Shown here: positions 47,118-57,364 of the stretch, piece after piece | Position numbering within the stretch: the first letter of the stretch is position 1 | How the letters are laid out: every line of letters begins with the position of its first letter | Source of the DNA: a bacterium | Lineage (GTDB): Bacteria > UBA8248 | Reading direction: 5' to 3' | Assembly: GCA_965213685.1 (NCBI GenBank) | Contig: CBDBZY010000003.1 | Location: 1-64,000, forward strand | Length of the DNA: 64,000 bases | Notes under the pieces: model-generated | Told to the model about the DNA's origin: nothing | What the model saw: only the letters and a program-made list of their open reading frames with translations | Databases searched by the model: none | Position numbers and translations under genes: made by a program

Positions 47118-48569
47118 ATGAGCGAGAAAAAGATGCACCGAAGAAGCCTGCTGAAGGCCGGTCTGGCCACCGCGGTGGCCGGCCCCGCTTTCATGCGAAG
47201 CGCCGGCGAAGCCCAGGCCGGACCGGAGGAGGACCGCGTCGTCCAGGCGGCCAAGAAGATGGGCAAGGCCTCGCTGAACGGGATGATGTGGGGTCTCTAC
47301 TGGCGGAACTACCCCGACCTCAACCGCGAGTTCCAGAAGGCCACCGGCATCTCGATGGACAAGGTCAGCGACGTTCCCAACCTGCAGATTCCCCAGCGGG
47401 CGATGGCGGAGGCCATCACGCGCTCGGGCAAGTTCGACATCTTTCACGTGGAATCCATGATGATCCCCTCCCTCGCGGCCGCGGGAATGCTCGAGCCCCT
47501 CGACGGCTACATGAAGGAGGCGGGCTTCGATCTCCAGATGGTGGGCAACTTCGAGACCTTCATGACCTACCAGGGCAAGACCTACGCCATGCCGACGGAC
47601 GGCAACGTCTGCCCGCAGTTCATCCGCAAGGATTTGTTCGACAATCCCGACGAGCGGAAGGCCTTCGCCGACAAGCACGGCAAGCCCCTCAAGTGGCCGG
47701 TCACCTGGGAGGACGAGCTGGAGGTGATGAAGCACTTCCACCGGCCCGACAAGGAGTTGTACGGCTTTGGCGGCCTGCGGGACAAGGCGAACAGCAGCTT
47801 CTGGTACTGGATGTATCTCTACAGCGCGGGCGGATTCCCCTTTGACGACGACGCCAACCCCACGCTGACCACGCCCGCCGCCGAATACGCCTTCGACACC
47901 TGGCTGGCGCGCAAGCAGGTCTCCCACCCCGAGGCGAGCGCCTGGGGCTCCCCCCAGATGATCCCCCGGATTCGCAACGGCAAGATATTCTCCTGCCAGT
48001 ACTGGGACGGGATTATCGCGCTCATCGAGAGCCCGACGGCGAAGACGAAAACGAGGGGCATGTGGCGCTACGGCCTGGTGCCGGGCTCGAAGTTCTCCGG
48101 CAAGCTCGTCCACCGCGCGTTCTCCGCTCCGGTGATGGGCATGGTCGTGAACCGCCACAGCCCGCGCAAGAAGCAGGCCGTCGCGTGGGCCATGTACATG
48201 AGCACCTACAAGAACAGCGCCGAGGTGGTCGGCCATCCGAAGTTCACCTTCCACGACCCCTGGCATCCCAAGCACATGACCGACCCCCAGGTGACGAAGG
48301 TCTATACGCCGGAGGGCATCAGGTCCGTGGAGCAGAACCTCCTCGTCACCGCGCCGCCGCCGTATGTGACCGGCTACCAGGAGTTCAAGGAAGTCGTGGA
48401 CCGGAACCTCTCGGAGGCCTACGCGGGCCGGAAGAAGGGCGCCAAGAAGGTCATGGGCGACATCCAGAGCGAATGGGCGAAGATCATACGCAAGGTCGGC
48501 AAGCGCAAGCTCAGGCGGGAGATTCCCTTCTACAAGGCCATGATGCCGACAATGAACACTCCCTCGTAG
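47118..48569 (+). CDS. Carbohydrate-type ABC transporter substrate-binding protein (Tat signal)
   Basis: MSEKKMHRRSLLKAG twin-arginine signal, IRKDLFD, P.TWE; heads a permease-permease-ATPase operon. Confidence 0.88.
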   Translation: MSEKKMHRRSLLKAGLATAVAGPAFMRSAGEAQAGPEEDRVVQAAKKMGKASLNGMMWGLYWRNYPDLNREFQKATGISMDKVSDVPNLQIPQRAMAEAITRSGKFDIFHVESMMIPSLAAAGMLEPLDGYMKEAGFDLQMVGNFETFMTYQGKTYAMPTDGNVCPQFIRKDLFDNPDERKAFADKHGKPLKWPVTWEDELEVMKHFHRPDKELYGFGGLRDKANSSFWYWMYLYSAGGFPFDDDANPTLTTPAAEYAFDTWLARKQVSHPEASAWGSPQMIPRIRNGKIFSCQYWDGIIALIESPTAKTKTRGMWRYGLVPGSKFSGKLVHRAFSAPVMGMVVNRHSPRKKQAVAWAMYMSTYKNSAEVVGHPKFTFHDPWHPKHMTDPQVTKVYTPEGIRSVEQNLLVTAPPPYVTGYQEFKEVVDRNLSEAYAGRKKGAKKVMGDIQSEWAKIIRKVGKRKLRREIPFYKAMMPTMNTPS

Positions 48570-48734
48570 GAAAAACCTCTCTCCTCCCCCGGGCCGCGCG
48601 CGCGGCCCTGGGGGGGGGAGGCGTGTGCGCTTTGATGGCCGGGGCGGGCTGATGAGAGCGGCCCGCTCCGGTCGCCGGGGCCGCGTCCCTTTCCGGGCGC
48701 CGCCTCGCTTCTCCCGAGCTCAGGAGTCTCACGC

Positions 48735-49703
48735 ATGGCGACAGCGACAGTTGCGCAGCCCAAGGGCAGGCGCTCCACCCGCGCCCGCGGCGTCCGGGTG
48801 TTCAAGTGGAGCGCGCTCTCCCCGCTGATTCTGCTGTTCGCGTTCCTGATGCCCGTCTTTCTCTTGCAGATATATTTTTCGCTTCACTCCTGGACGGTCT
48901 ATCTGTCCACCTGGTTCGACGCGGAGTTCGTGGGGCTGGAGCTGTTCCAGGAGGTGCTGACCGAGGGGCGCTTCTGGCGGGCGATGGGGCGCTCGCTGCT
49001 GTTCGCGGGCCTCTCGACGATCGGCTGCTTCGTCTGCGGCTTCGGCCTCGCGCTGCTCATGTATCGGCCCTTCCGGGGCCAGGCCTTCTTCTACATCCTC
49101 TTCATCATCCCCATGCTGACGGTGCCCGTCGTCATCGCCTACACCGCCGACATGCTTCTGTATGAGAAGGGGCCCATCAACGGGTTCCTCAGCTATTTCC
49201 TGCCGGGGGACCTGTCGAAATTCACGTGGCTGGCCAACCCGAATTTCGCCATCTTCACGATCATCCTCCTCGAGGTATGGAACTGGACCCCGTTCGTCTT
49301 CATCATCATGCTGGCGGGTCTCGCCTCGCTGCCCAGCGAGCCGGTGGAGGCCGCGCGCATTCTCGGGGCGAACCGGCTGCAGATATTCCGCGAGATTCAG
49401 CTGCCGCTCCTGCGCCCCGTCATCTTCCTGGCGCTCATCCTCCGTTTTCTGGAGGCCATGGCGGAGTTTCCCAAGACGTGGGGCCTTATCCAGGGAGGAC
49501 CGGGCACCGCCACCGAGACCATACCCATCTATCTTTTCTACACGACGTGGGTGTCCTTCGACATATCCAAGGGCGCGGCGATGTCCTATGTCGTCATGCT
49601 GATCATGATCTGCATCGTTCTGACGGCCATCTACGTCCTGCGTCGGGAGAAGCGCGCGCTCGACACCCTCTACAATGCGCCGGATACGGAGGCCCAGACA
49701 TGA
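48735..49703 (+). CDS. Carbohydrate ABC transporter permease
   Basis: WNWTPFVFIIMLAGL, EAARILGA (EAA loop), GGPGTATET. Confidence 0.92.
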   Translation: MATATVAQPKGRRSTRARGVRVFKWSALSPLILLFAFLMPVFLLQIYFSLHSWTVYLSTWFDAEFVGLELFQEVLTEGRFWRAMGRSLLFAGLSTIGCFVCGFGLALLMYRPFRGQAFFYILFIIPMLTVPVVIAYTADMLLYEKGPINGFLSYFLPGDLSKFTWLANPNFAIFTIILLEVWNWTPFVFIIMLAGLASLPSEPVEAARILGANRLQIFREIQLPLLRPVIFLALILRFLEAMAEFPKTWGLIQGGPGTATETIPIYLFYTTWVSFDISKGAAMSYVVMLIMICIVLTAIYVLRREKRALDTLYNAPDTEAQT

Positions 49704-50602
49704 ACCGGATTTGGAAGGGGAGGCTTTTCAACGTCTTTCGCTACGCAGCCCTCCTGGTCTGGACGCTGATCGTGGTGTTTCCTGTGTTCTGGATCATCTC
49801 CACCTCGTTCAAGCCCGACTGGGAGTGGCATGCCTGGCCGCCCGTCTACTGGTCCCAGGAGGCCTCATGGGCCAACTACCGGGCGGTATGGGGCAGGGAG
49901 GAGAGCCCCCGCTCCTCCTCCGAGGCGGAGACGCAGACCGCCCGCTATGAGTCGGCCTCCGCGAACAAGCCGTGGCAGGCGCTGTGGAACAGCCTCTACA
50001 TCGCCGTCACCGCCACCGCGCTTTCGGTCGCCTTCGGCTCGATTCTCGCCTACGGGGTATCCCGCTACCGGATATTGTCCGAGGTGCGCATGTTCCAGCT
50101 CCTCGTGCTGCGGATGATACCGCCCATCGTGGTGGCGGCGCCGCTGACCCTCTACTACTCGGCGATTCATCTGATGGATACGGCGACGGGGCTGGTGATC
50201 GTCTATTTCATCACGACGCTACCCTACTCCGTCTGGATGACGAAGAGCTTTGTCGATGAGGTGCCGGTCGAGATCGAACAGGCCGCGGAGATTCTGGGCG
50301 CGAGCAAATGGCAGGCGATCCGCGAGGTGATATTCCCGCTGATTCGCTCGGGCGTCGTGGCGACGTTCCTGTTCATTCTCATCCTGACGTGGAGCGAGTA
50401 TCTGCTCTCGCTCATGCTCTCCAAGGTGGACGTGGTCACCCTGCCCGTCCAGCTGGCGAAATACGAAGGCTCCGACGAGGGCCGCGTCTACGGCCATCAG
50501 GCCGCGCTGTCGGTGGGGATTACCCTGCCGCTCATGCTTATCGGCATTTTCATTCGGAAACACCTGGTGCGCGGCTTCACTTTCGGAATGGTGAAGAGGT
50601 AA
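49700..50602 (+). CDS. Carbohydrate ABC transporter permease
   Basis: FPVFWIISTSFK, RMIPPI, EQAAEILGA, WSEY. Confidence 0.92.
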   Translation: MNRIWKGRLFNVFRYAALLVWTLIVVFPVFWIISTSFKPDWEWHAWPPVYWSQEASWANYRAVWGREESPRSSSEAETQTARYESASANKPWQALWNSLYIAVTATALSVAFGSILAYGVSRYRILSEVRMFQLLVLRMIPPIVVAAPLTLYYSAIHLMDTATGLVIVYFITTLPYSVWMTKSFVDEVPVEIEQAAEILGASKWQAIREVIFPLIRSGVVATFLFILILTWSEYLLSLMLSKVDVVTLPVQLAKYEGSDEGRVYGHQAALSVGITLPLMLIGIFIRKHLVRGFTFGMVKR

Positions 50603-50609
50603 AAAAACA

Positions 50610-51692
50610 ATGGCGAGAATCGAACTCAAGGGTTTGCGCAAGGTATTCGGCAGGAACATCGAGGCCGTCAAGAACCTCGATTTCACCATCGAGGAAGGCG
50701 AGTTCGTCGTCATCGTCGGCCCCTCGGGCTGCGGGAAGACGACCACGCTGCGCATGATCGCGGGTTTCGAGGAGCCCACCTCGGGCGAGATCGTCATCGA
50801 CGGGAGGGTCGTCAACGACATCGACCCGGGCGACCGGGGAGTCGGCATGGTCTTCCAGACGCACGCGCTGTTTCCGCACAAGACGGTGGCCGAGAACATC
50901 GAGTTTGGCCCGCGCATGAAGAAGGTGCCCCCGGAGACGCGCAAGAAGCGCGTGCGCGAAGTGGCCGGCGTCGTCCGCATCGGCCACCTCCTCGACAAGC
51001 TGCCCGCCCAGTGCTCGGGCGGCGAGGCCCAGCGCGCAGCATTGGCCCGCACCCTCATCACCGACCCCTCCGCCTTCCTGCTCGACGAGCCGCTCTCCAG
51101 CCTCGACGCCAAGCTGCGCCGCGAGATGCGCGCGGAGATCGACCGCCTCCACGAGGAGTTGCGCAAAACGTTCGTCTACGTCACGCACGACCAGGAGGAG
51201 GCGATGACCCTCGCCGACCGCATCGTGGTGATGCGCCAGGGCGTCATTGAACAGGTGGGCACGCCGCTCGACATCTACAACGACCCGGTGAGCTACTTCG
51301 TGGCTGATTTCTTCGGCAGCCCTTCCATGAACCTCATTGCGGGGCGGGTGGAGAACGCCAACGGCGGCGGCCCCGTGTTCACCGGAGAGGACGCGCGCGT
51401 CGATTTTGCGCTGCCGGACGCCTACGCGGGCGTATCTTCCGGGGCCTACACCCTGGGCGTGCGGCCTGAGCATGTCCTCGTGGGAATCGAGAGCGCGGCC
51501 TTCTCCTGCGACGTTCAGCTCGTCGAGCCGCTCGGCAAGGACACCCTGCTCTACTTCGACCACGGCGCCGATCGCCCGACCATCGCCGTCGTCGAGGCCT
51601 CCGAACGCTTCAAGGCCGGCGAGCGGATCAACGTCGGGTTCGACCCCTCCCGCGTCTATCTCTTCGATTCCGACGGAAAGCGCGTCTCATAG
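50610..51692 (+). CDS. ABC transporter ATP-binding protein (MalK-like)
   Basis: GPSGCGKTT, SGGEAQR, LLDEPLSSLD, YVTHDQEEAM, C-terminal TOBE region. Confidence 0.95.
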   Translation: MARIELKGLRKVFGRNIEAVKNLDFTIEEGEFVVIVGPSGCGKTTTLRMIAGFEEPTSGEIVIDGRVVNDIDPGDRGVGMVFQTHALFPHKTVAENIEFGPRMKKVPPETRKKRVREVAGVVRIGHLLDKLPAQCSGGEAQRAALARTLITDPSAFLLDEPLSSLDAKLRREMRAEIDRLHEELRKTFVYVTHDQEEAMTLADRIVVMRQGVIEQVGTPLDIYNDPVSYFVADFFGSPSMNLIAGRVENANGGGPVFTGEDARVDFALPDAYAGVSSGAYTLGVRPEHVLVGIESAAFSCDVQLVEPLGKDTLLYFDHGADRPTIAVVEASERFKAGERINVGFDPSRVYLFDSDGKRVS

Positions 51693-52155
51693 CGCATCCG
51701 GGGTAGCGGATCGCCGCGCGCGCGATGCGGCGGCGAGAGAGAGGCGCGCGCTTTTGAGCAGCCGCATCCCCGTTCCGCCGAAATCCGGCAACCGCCGGAA
51801 AAAGAACTTCCCCTCCCTCCTCCCTCCGCCGGGGCCAGCCTCCCGGAAGCGTGCGCGTAATGGGGGCGCGATGCGTCTCCTCCTGGGAATGACGATACGC
51901 AGAGCGCGGCGATTCCACGGGGATCACGCGAATCGGGCGGCTGAGGATTTCAGGGGCGGCGGCGCGCGCAGCCTCGCCGTCGGGACGGCCGCCGAATCAT
52001 GCCTGCGGGGAGGATGGTCCTTCCAGGATGCGGAATCGGGCGTTCATCTTCGCCCTGGAATCGAGGGGAGGGGGAGGCGTGCGGGAATGGCCGGCGGGGC
52101 CGCGGCAGGACGTCCGACCGGGATGGTTCTCCTGCCTCCGACGCCTGGAGTCACC

Positions 52156-52189
52156 CATATGGCGAGCGGGTAGCCCCGCTCGCCATATG
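52156..52189 (-). terminator. Perfect 15-bp inverted repeat just downstream of the RiPP precursor genes (terminator or mRNA-stabilising hairpin)
   Basis: CATATGGCGAGCGGG-tagc-CCCGCTCGCCATATG, 17 nt after the precursor stop; no clear U-tract. Confidence 0.6.
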
Positions 52190-52206
52190 TTCAGCAACCG
52201 CTATCA

Positions 52207-52557
52207 CTAGGCGTAGGGATCGTTCCACCTGTCGTTGGCGGTTGACGTCCCGGTGCCCCAGAAGCGCTCCCAGGAGACGCCTCCGGCGACGCTGTCCAGT
52301 TCCGCCTCGCTCAGTTCTCCATCTTTGGGGGCGTTCGCCGCCGCAGCGGGAATGACCACGTGTTTGACGTTCTCGCTGTCCAGCAGGATGGCGACCTTCG
52401 CGCCCGGCGGCACGTCCAGCCCGAGTTCGGCGGCCAGCTCCGGGGCGTCGCCCGCAGCCGCGCGCGCGCTCAGCGCCTCGTCTTCGGCGAGCCTTGTGCC
52501 GATGCTGCGAAGTTGCTCCCAGCGCTCGGTTTTGCTTGTCGGGGTTTTCCTGGTCAT
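52207..52557 (-). CDS. NHLP (nitrile hydratase-like leader) RiPP precursor; predicted core VSWERFWGTGTSTANDRWNDPYA
   Basis: ELGLDVPPGAKVAILLDSENVKHVVIP and ELSEAELDSVAGG double-Gly cleavage motif; AGGAG RBS; adjacent to an NHLM-type exporter. Confidence 0.88.
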   Translation of the reverse strand: MTRKTPTSKTERWEQLRSIGTRLAEDEALSARAAAGDAPELAAELGLDVPPGAKVAILLDSENVKHVVIPAAAANAPKDGELSEAELDSVAGGVSWERFWGTGTSTANDRWNDPYA

Positions 52558-52681
52558 CTCGTCTCTCCTTGCAGGTCGAGGGGGGGATGGGAGTTGCCGG
52601 ATATTTTTTGACGTGGCTTTGGCCTCTAAGGATGAACGTGCGCGTCCGCCGGGCCTGTCCCTGCGCCGCGCGTTCCGTCCG

Positions 52682-52870
52682 TTATTCCCCGAATCCGCTG
52701 CCGCTTCCGTCCGGCAGGTTGTGCCAGCGGTCGAATGACCCGCTAGATGAACGGGGCCTCCGGGGCGCCGAGTGATGGCCGCCCGACACCTCTCCGAGCT
52801 CCTCGTCGCTGACGCTGCCTTCCTCCTCCCGGGTCTTTCCGCTTTCTGTTTCAGAATCGGGTTTCGTCAT
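52682..52870 (-). CDS. Short-leader double-glycine precursor peptide; predicted core HHSAPRRPRSSSGSFDRWHNLPDGSGSGFGE
   Basis: Acidic leader ending VSDEELGEVSGG; AAGGAGG RBS; co-oriented with the NHLP precursor. Confidence 0.8.
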   Translation of the reverse strand: MTKPDSETESGKTREEEGSVSDEELGEVSGGHHSAPRRPRSSSGSFDRWHNLPDGSGSGFGE

Positions 52871-53022
52871 GGTCGCTCCCTCCTTTTGGTTTCCGCGCGC
52901 CCTCTCGCGTTGCCGGGTGCGGGGTTGGAAACAGGAACAATCCGGGAGCCTCCCCTCCGGCGAGGCGCGCGATGCCCGGGTCGCCCCCAGTCGAACTGAA
53001 AAACTCCTCTGAACTCTCTTCT

Positions 53023-53051
53023 AACGTAGTGCTTTGCTCTGCGCGTGTCAA
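53023..53051 (-). promoter_or_regulatory. Sigma70-type promoter TTGACA-N17-TACGTT for the precursor genes
   Basis: Consensus -35, 17-nt spacer and TAnnnT -10, about 150 bp upstream of the first precursor. Confidence 0.55.
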
Positions 53052-53888
53052 TGAAAGAATGGACGAGAATCGTTGCGTCGCCGGGCGATTTTCCGCACCT
53101 GCGCAGTTTCGGGCTGACCGAGAAGCGAGAAGCCCGCGGCGGGCGGCTCCCCTCCCGCGAAAGCGAACTCCCCGCCCCGACAAAACCGCCGGGATGCGCG
53201 CGTCGGAGGCCGGGCGGGAAGGGTCCGCCGCGCGTGCTACGCGCCATTTTCGAGGCCACGCCCCCGGGGTTGGCTCCGCGCGCGGGTCGGTGCGCGCATA
53301 TGGACGCAGACCCGTTTCTCCTTGATCATCCGCTGGCGGGAGTGTAACCTTCTGCGCTGTTCCAGAATGCAGGAGTCGCGGCATGCCGCCCCGCGTGGCG
53401 CGCGCATATGCTGCCTGGGTGGCCGGGCGTTCCGTAAGGCGTCGCGCGGGCCGGGCGGGCCTTCGGCGGAATGGTTTTATGTGCCCCGGTGCGCGTGCGG
53501 TGCGCGTGCGGAGTGGATGGGATTTTTCGAGGAGGGGAATTTCACGCGCGGGGGAGATGGGAGTTTTCGTCTCGCGGCGAGTCGGGCGGCGCGCGCCGCT
53601 AACGCTAAGAGACGGCGTCTCCCCCTGGCTCCAGCCCGGACGCCGTTGCGGGGCCAGGAGCAGGAGGCCCGTCGTCCGGATGATGGGACACGGAATGACG
53701 ACCGCGATGGCACGGAGCGACTGGCGGCCCGTGCGCCGTCGTTCGGAATCCGCAAGAAATCCAGCCCCGATCATGTTTCCCGCCCCCTCGCCGGCTTCGC
53801 CTGGCGCAGCGCGCCGGCGCTTCCTGCGGAGTGTTGCGCGCGCAACCCCGCGCGCAACCCATGCTCTTGACGACGGAGAGACGCGAAG

Positions 53889-55166
53889 ATGGCGCGGAAG
53901 CAGATATTTCGGCAAGCCTCGCTGGATCGCCTCGCGACGCCGGAGCGGCTTGACCGCGCGCTTTTTACGACGACGCCCAAGGGATGGCTGGCGATTCTCG
54001 CCCTGCTGCTCATCGCGGCGGCGACGGTAGCCTGGTCGATCGGGGGCGAGGTTTCGACCTACGTGCAGGCCGAGGGCATTCTCCTGAACCGCGGCGGCAA
54101 GGTGGTCGACGCCGTATCCTCGGGCGTCGGGACGCTCACGCGCATCATCGCCGCCGTCGGACAGACGGTGGAGAAAGGCGACGTCGTGGCGGAGGTCGCC
54201 AACGCGGAGGCGCTGGAGCGCTATCGCAGCGCGCTCGCCCTCGTGGAGGAGCGCGCCGCGGAACTGGAGGATTTTCGGTCGGCGTCGGCGGAGGAAGACG
54301 CGATCATCGAACGCAACGTCGTCCGGCGGCGCGCGCATCTGGAGCGGCTGGAAGGCAGCGACCGCCAGGCGCTCGAGGTGGGCCGCAAGCGCCTCGAAAG
54401 CTATTTGCGGCTTTTCGAGAGGGGCGTCATCGACCAGGTGACCGTGGAGAATAGCCAGCAGGATTACGACGAGCTGCAGCGGGCGCTGTTCGCCACCTTG
54501 CGCGAACGCGACGACCTGGAGGCGAGCGAGGTGAAGCGCAAGAACGATCGCAAGACCCGGCTCAACGAGATGAAGGCCCGCCTCGAGGCGGCCCAGCGCG
54601 GGGCCAGGGAGCTCGAGGCTCTGCTGGGCACCCAGCGGATTCTGGCGCCGGTCTCCGGCCGCGTGACCGAGATCAAGGCGTCGATTGGCGGCTGGCTCGA
54701 GGAGGGGTTCTCCGTCCTCAGCATCAACACGGGCGCGAAACCTCCCGGCGGCGCGGGCGCGACCCCTCTCGAGGCGCTGGTCTACATACCCCCGGACGAC
54801 GGCAAGCAGGTCGAGCGGGGGATGGAGGCGCTGGTCTCCCCGTCCACGGTGCGGCGCGAGGAGTACGGCTCCATCAAGGGGCGGGTGGAGAGCGTCTCCA
54901 CGCTTCCGGTGAGCATGGGGGGCATGGTGGCCGTCCTGCAGAACCGGAGCCTCGCCGAGCGCCTCTCCAGGGGAGGGCCGCCCTATGCGGGCCGGATCGC
55001 GCTGCTGTCCGACCCGGAGACGGCGAGCGGCTTCGCCTGGACTTCGCCCAAGGCCTCGGATCAGTCCCTGTCCTCGGGCACGCTCGCCAGCGTCGAGATA
55101 AAGGTCGGCAGCCAGGCGCCGATCACCCTCGTCGTCCCCCTGCTCAAGGAACTGTTCGGACTGTGA
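53889..55166 (+). CDS. NHLM bacteriocin-system secretion protein (HlyD-like membrane fusion protein)
   Basis: IFRQASLDRLATPERLD, single TM helix, coiled coil, SPSTVRREEYGSIKG, SGFAWTS, PITLVVPLLK. Confidence 0.92.
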   Translation: MARKQIFRQASLDRLATPERLDRALFTTTPKGWLAILALLLIAAATVAWSIGGEVSTYVQAEGILLNRGGKVVDAVSSGVGTLTRIIAAVGQTVEKGDVVAEVANAEALERYRSALALVEERAAELEDFRSASAEEDAIIERNVVRRRAHLERLEGSDRQALEVGRKRLESYLRLFERGVIDQVTVENSQQDYDELQRALFATLRERDDLEASEVKRKNDRKTRLNEMKARLEAAQRGARELEALLGTQRILAPVSGRVTEIKASIGGWLEEGFSVLSINTGAKPPGGAGATPLEALVYIPPDDGKQVERGMEALVSPSTVRREEYGSIKGRVESVSTLPVSMGGMVAVLQNRSLAERLSRGGPPYAGRIALLSDPETASGFAWTSPKASDQSLSSGTLASVEIKVGSQAPITLVVPLLKELFGL

Positions 55167-57358
55167 GCGACGCATCCGACCTGAAGGGCAACCTCCACCG
55201 CCGCCGGGGCGGGCGGCGCGCGACGCCCGCCATCCTGCAGATGGAGGCGACGGAATGCGGCGCCGCCTGCCTCGCCATGATCCTCGCCCACTACGGGCGA
55301 TGGGTGCCGCTCGAGGAGTTGCGGGTGCGCTGCGGCGTGTCGCGCGACGGCAGCAAGGCGGTCAACATGCTGCGCGCGGCGCGCGAATACGACCTCACGG
55401 CGCGGGGCTTCCGACGCCAGGACGCGCGGAGCCTGCTCGACCTCCCCTTCCCGATGATCGTGTTCTGGAATTTCAACCACTTCATCGTGCTCGAGGGAAT
55501 CAAGGGAAACAAGGTCTACATCGTCGACCCGGCCTTTGGTCCGCAGAAGATCACCCTGGAGGAGTTCGACGAGGGGTTCACGGGCATCTGCCTCGGGTTC
55601 GCGCCCGGGCCGGAGTTTCGTCCCAGCGGCGCCCGGCCGAGCGTCTGGCGCGGCCTGTTCTCCCGCCTCGGCAATACGCGCTCCCCGCTGCTCTTCATGC
55701 TGTTGGCGACCCTGGCGCTCGTCGTGCCGGGCCTCGCCATCCCCACCATATCCAAGGTGTTCGTGGACGACGTGCTGATTCCGCGCAGCGAGAGCTTCGT
55801 CGCCCCGCTGCTGATCGGCTTGGGGGCGGCGGCCGTTCTGCAGGGCGCGCTCACCTGGCTGCAGCAGAACTGCCTCGCGCGCACGGAGGCCAAGCTCTCC
55901 CTGGTCAGCACGTCGAAGTTCTTCTGGCACGTGGTCACCCTGCCGATGACGTTCTTCGGCCAGCGCTTCGCCGGCGACCTCGCGAGCCGGGTCGCCTCCA
56001 ACGACAGGATGGCGCGGCTCATCTCGGGCGAGTTCGCCACCAACGCGATCAACATGCTCACGATGGCGATCTACGCCGCCGTGATGCTCTCCTACGACCT
56101 GACGCTCACCCTGGTCACGTTCGCCATGGTCGCCGTCAACCTCCTGGCGCTCCGGTGGGTCTCGCGCGCCCGCGAGCACGGGAACCGCCGCCTGCTCAAG
56201 GAGCAGGGCAAGGTGGCGGGCACCTCGGTGAACGGCCTTTACATGATCGAGACGATCAAGGCCAGCGGAACGGAGGGCGAGTTCTTCGCGCGCTGGGCCG
56301 GCATATACGCCAACGCCCTCTCGGCCCAGCAGGAGCTCGGCCTCTACACGAACCTTCTGAACGTCGTTCCGCCGCTGCTCGCCTCGCTGACCACGGTCGC
56401 CATTCTCGGCGTCGGCGGCCTGCGCATCGTCGATGGCGCGCTCACGATCGGCGGGCTGGTCGCCTACCAGTCCCTGGTGCAGAGCTTCTTCCTGCCGATC
56501 GACGGGCTGGTCCGGTTCGCGGCCAACATCCAGACCGTCAAGGGAGACATCGCCCGCCTCGACGACGTGCTGAACTACGCGCCGGACGAGCGCGTCGTCC
56601 AGAGGATGAGCGAGCGTCATGCGGAGGCGCCGCCGTCCGCGCGCGGCTTCCTCTCCATCGAGGACGTCACGTTCGGCTACAACGCCCAGGAGCCGCCGCT
56701 GATCGAGAACTTCAGCCTGTCGGTCAAACCCGGCCAGCGCGTGGCGCTCGTCGGCGGCTCCGGGAGCGGAAAGTCGACCGTCGGCAAGCTCATCTGCGGC
56801 CTGCTGAAGCCGTGGTCCGGCGTCGTGCGCGTCGACAAGCGCATCATCGACAACATTCCGCCCGGCCACCTGACCGAGGTGATCTCCTATGTGGACCAGG
56901 AGTGCGTGCTGCTCGAGGCCAGCGTGCGCGACAACGTCACCCTCTGGAACACGGCCATCGGCGAGCATCAGCTCACGCAGGCGCTTCGAGACGCCGTGAT
57001 CCATGACGAGATCATGTCCCGCCCCGGCAAATACGAGACGAAGGTCGAGGAGAACGGACGCAACTTCAGCGGCGGCCAGCGCCAGCGCCTGGAGATCGCC
57101 CGCGCGCTCGCCACCGACCCCACCATCCTGGTGCTGGACGAGGCCACCGCCGCCCTGGACCCGCTGACCGAGCTGGCGATCGACGACCGCCTGCGCCAGC
57201 GCGGCTGCACCTGCCTGATCGTGGCCCACCGGCTCAGCACAATCCGGGACGCCGACGAGATCGTGGTCATGGACCGCGGCACCGTCGTGCAGCGCGGGAC
57301 GCACGACGAGCTGATCGCCGAAGACGGCGTCTACCGCACCCTCATCATGTCCAACTGA
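55163..57358 (+). CDS. NHLM-type ABC transporter with a C39 peptidase domain (PCAT)
   Basis: TPAILQMEATECGAACL (catalytic Cys), CGVSRDGSKA, WNFNHF (His), DPA; GGSGSGKST, FSGGQRQRLEIARAL, LDEAT. Confidence 0.95.
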   Translation: MSDASDLKGNLHRRRGGRRATPAILQMEATECGAACLAMILAHYGRWVPLEELRVRCGVSRDGSKAVNMLRAAREYDLTARGFRRQDARSLLDLPFPMIVFWNFNHFIVLEGIKGNKVYIVDPAFGPQKITLEEFDEGFTGICLGFAPGPEFRPSGARPSVWRGLFSRLGNTRSPLLFMLLATLALVVPGLAIPTISKVFVDDVLIPRSESFVAPLLIGLGAAAVLQGALTWLQQNCLARTEAKLSLVSTSKFFWHVVTLPMTFFGQRFAGDLASRVASNDRMARLISGEFATNAINMLTMAIYAAVMLSYDLTLTLVTFAMVAVNLLALRWVSRAREHGNRRLLKEQGKVAGTSVNGLYMIETIKASGTEGEFFARWAGIYANALSAQQELGLYTNLLNVVPPLLASLTTVAILGVGGLRIVDGALTIGGLVAYQSLVQSFFLPIDGLVRFAANIQTVKGDIARLDDVLNYAPDERVVQRMSERHAEAPPSARGFLSIEDVTFGYNAQEPPLIENFSLSVKPGQRVALVGGSGSGKSTVGKLICGLLKPWSGVVRVDKRIIDNIPPGHLTEVISYVDQECVLLEASVRDNVTLWNTAIGEHQLTQALRDAVIHDEIMSRPGKYETKVEENGRNFSGGQRQRLEIARALATDPTILVLDEATAALDPLTELAIDDRLRQRGCTCLIVAHRLSTIRDADEIVVMDRGTVVQRGTHDELIAEDGVYRTLIMSN

Positions 57359-57364
57359 GACGAT

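Noticed and set aside
51693-52155. Additional RiPP precursor or maturase remnant downstream of the NHLP gene, or in the 52871-53888 spacer
   Set aside because: I found no further ELxxVxGG motif, convincing RBS-ATG ORF or enzyme motif in either frame set.
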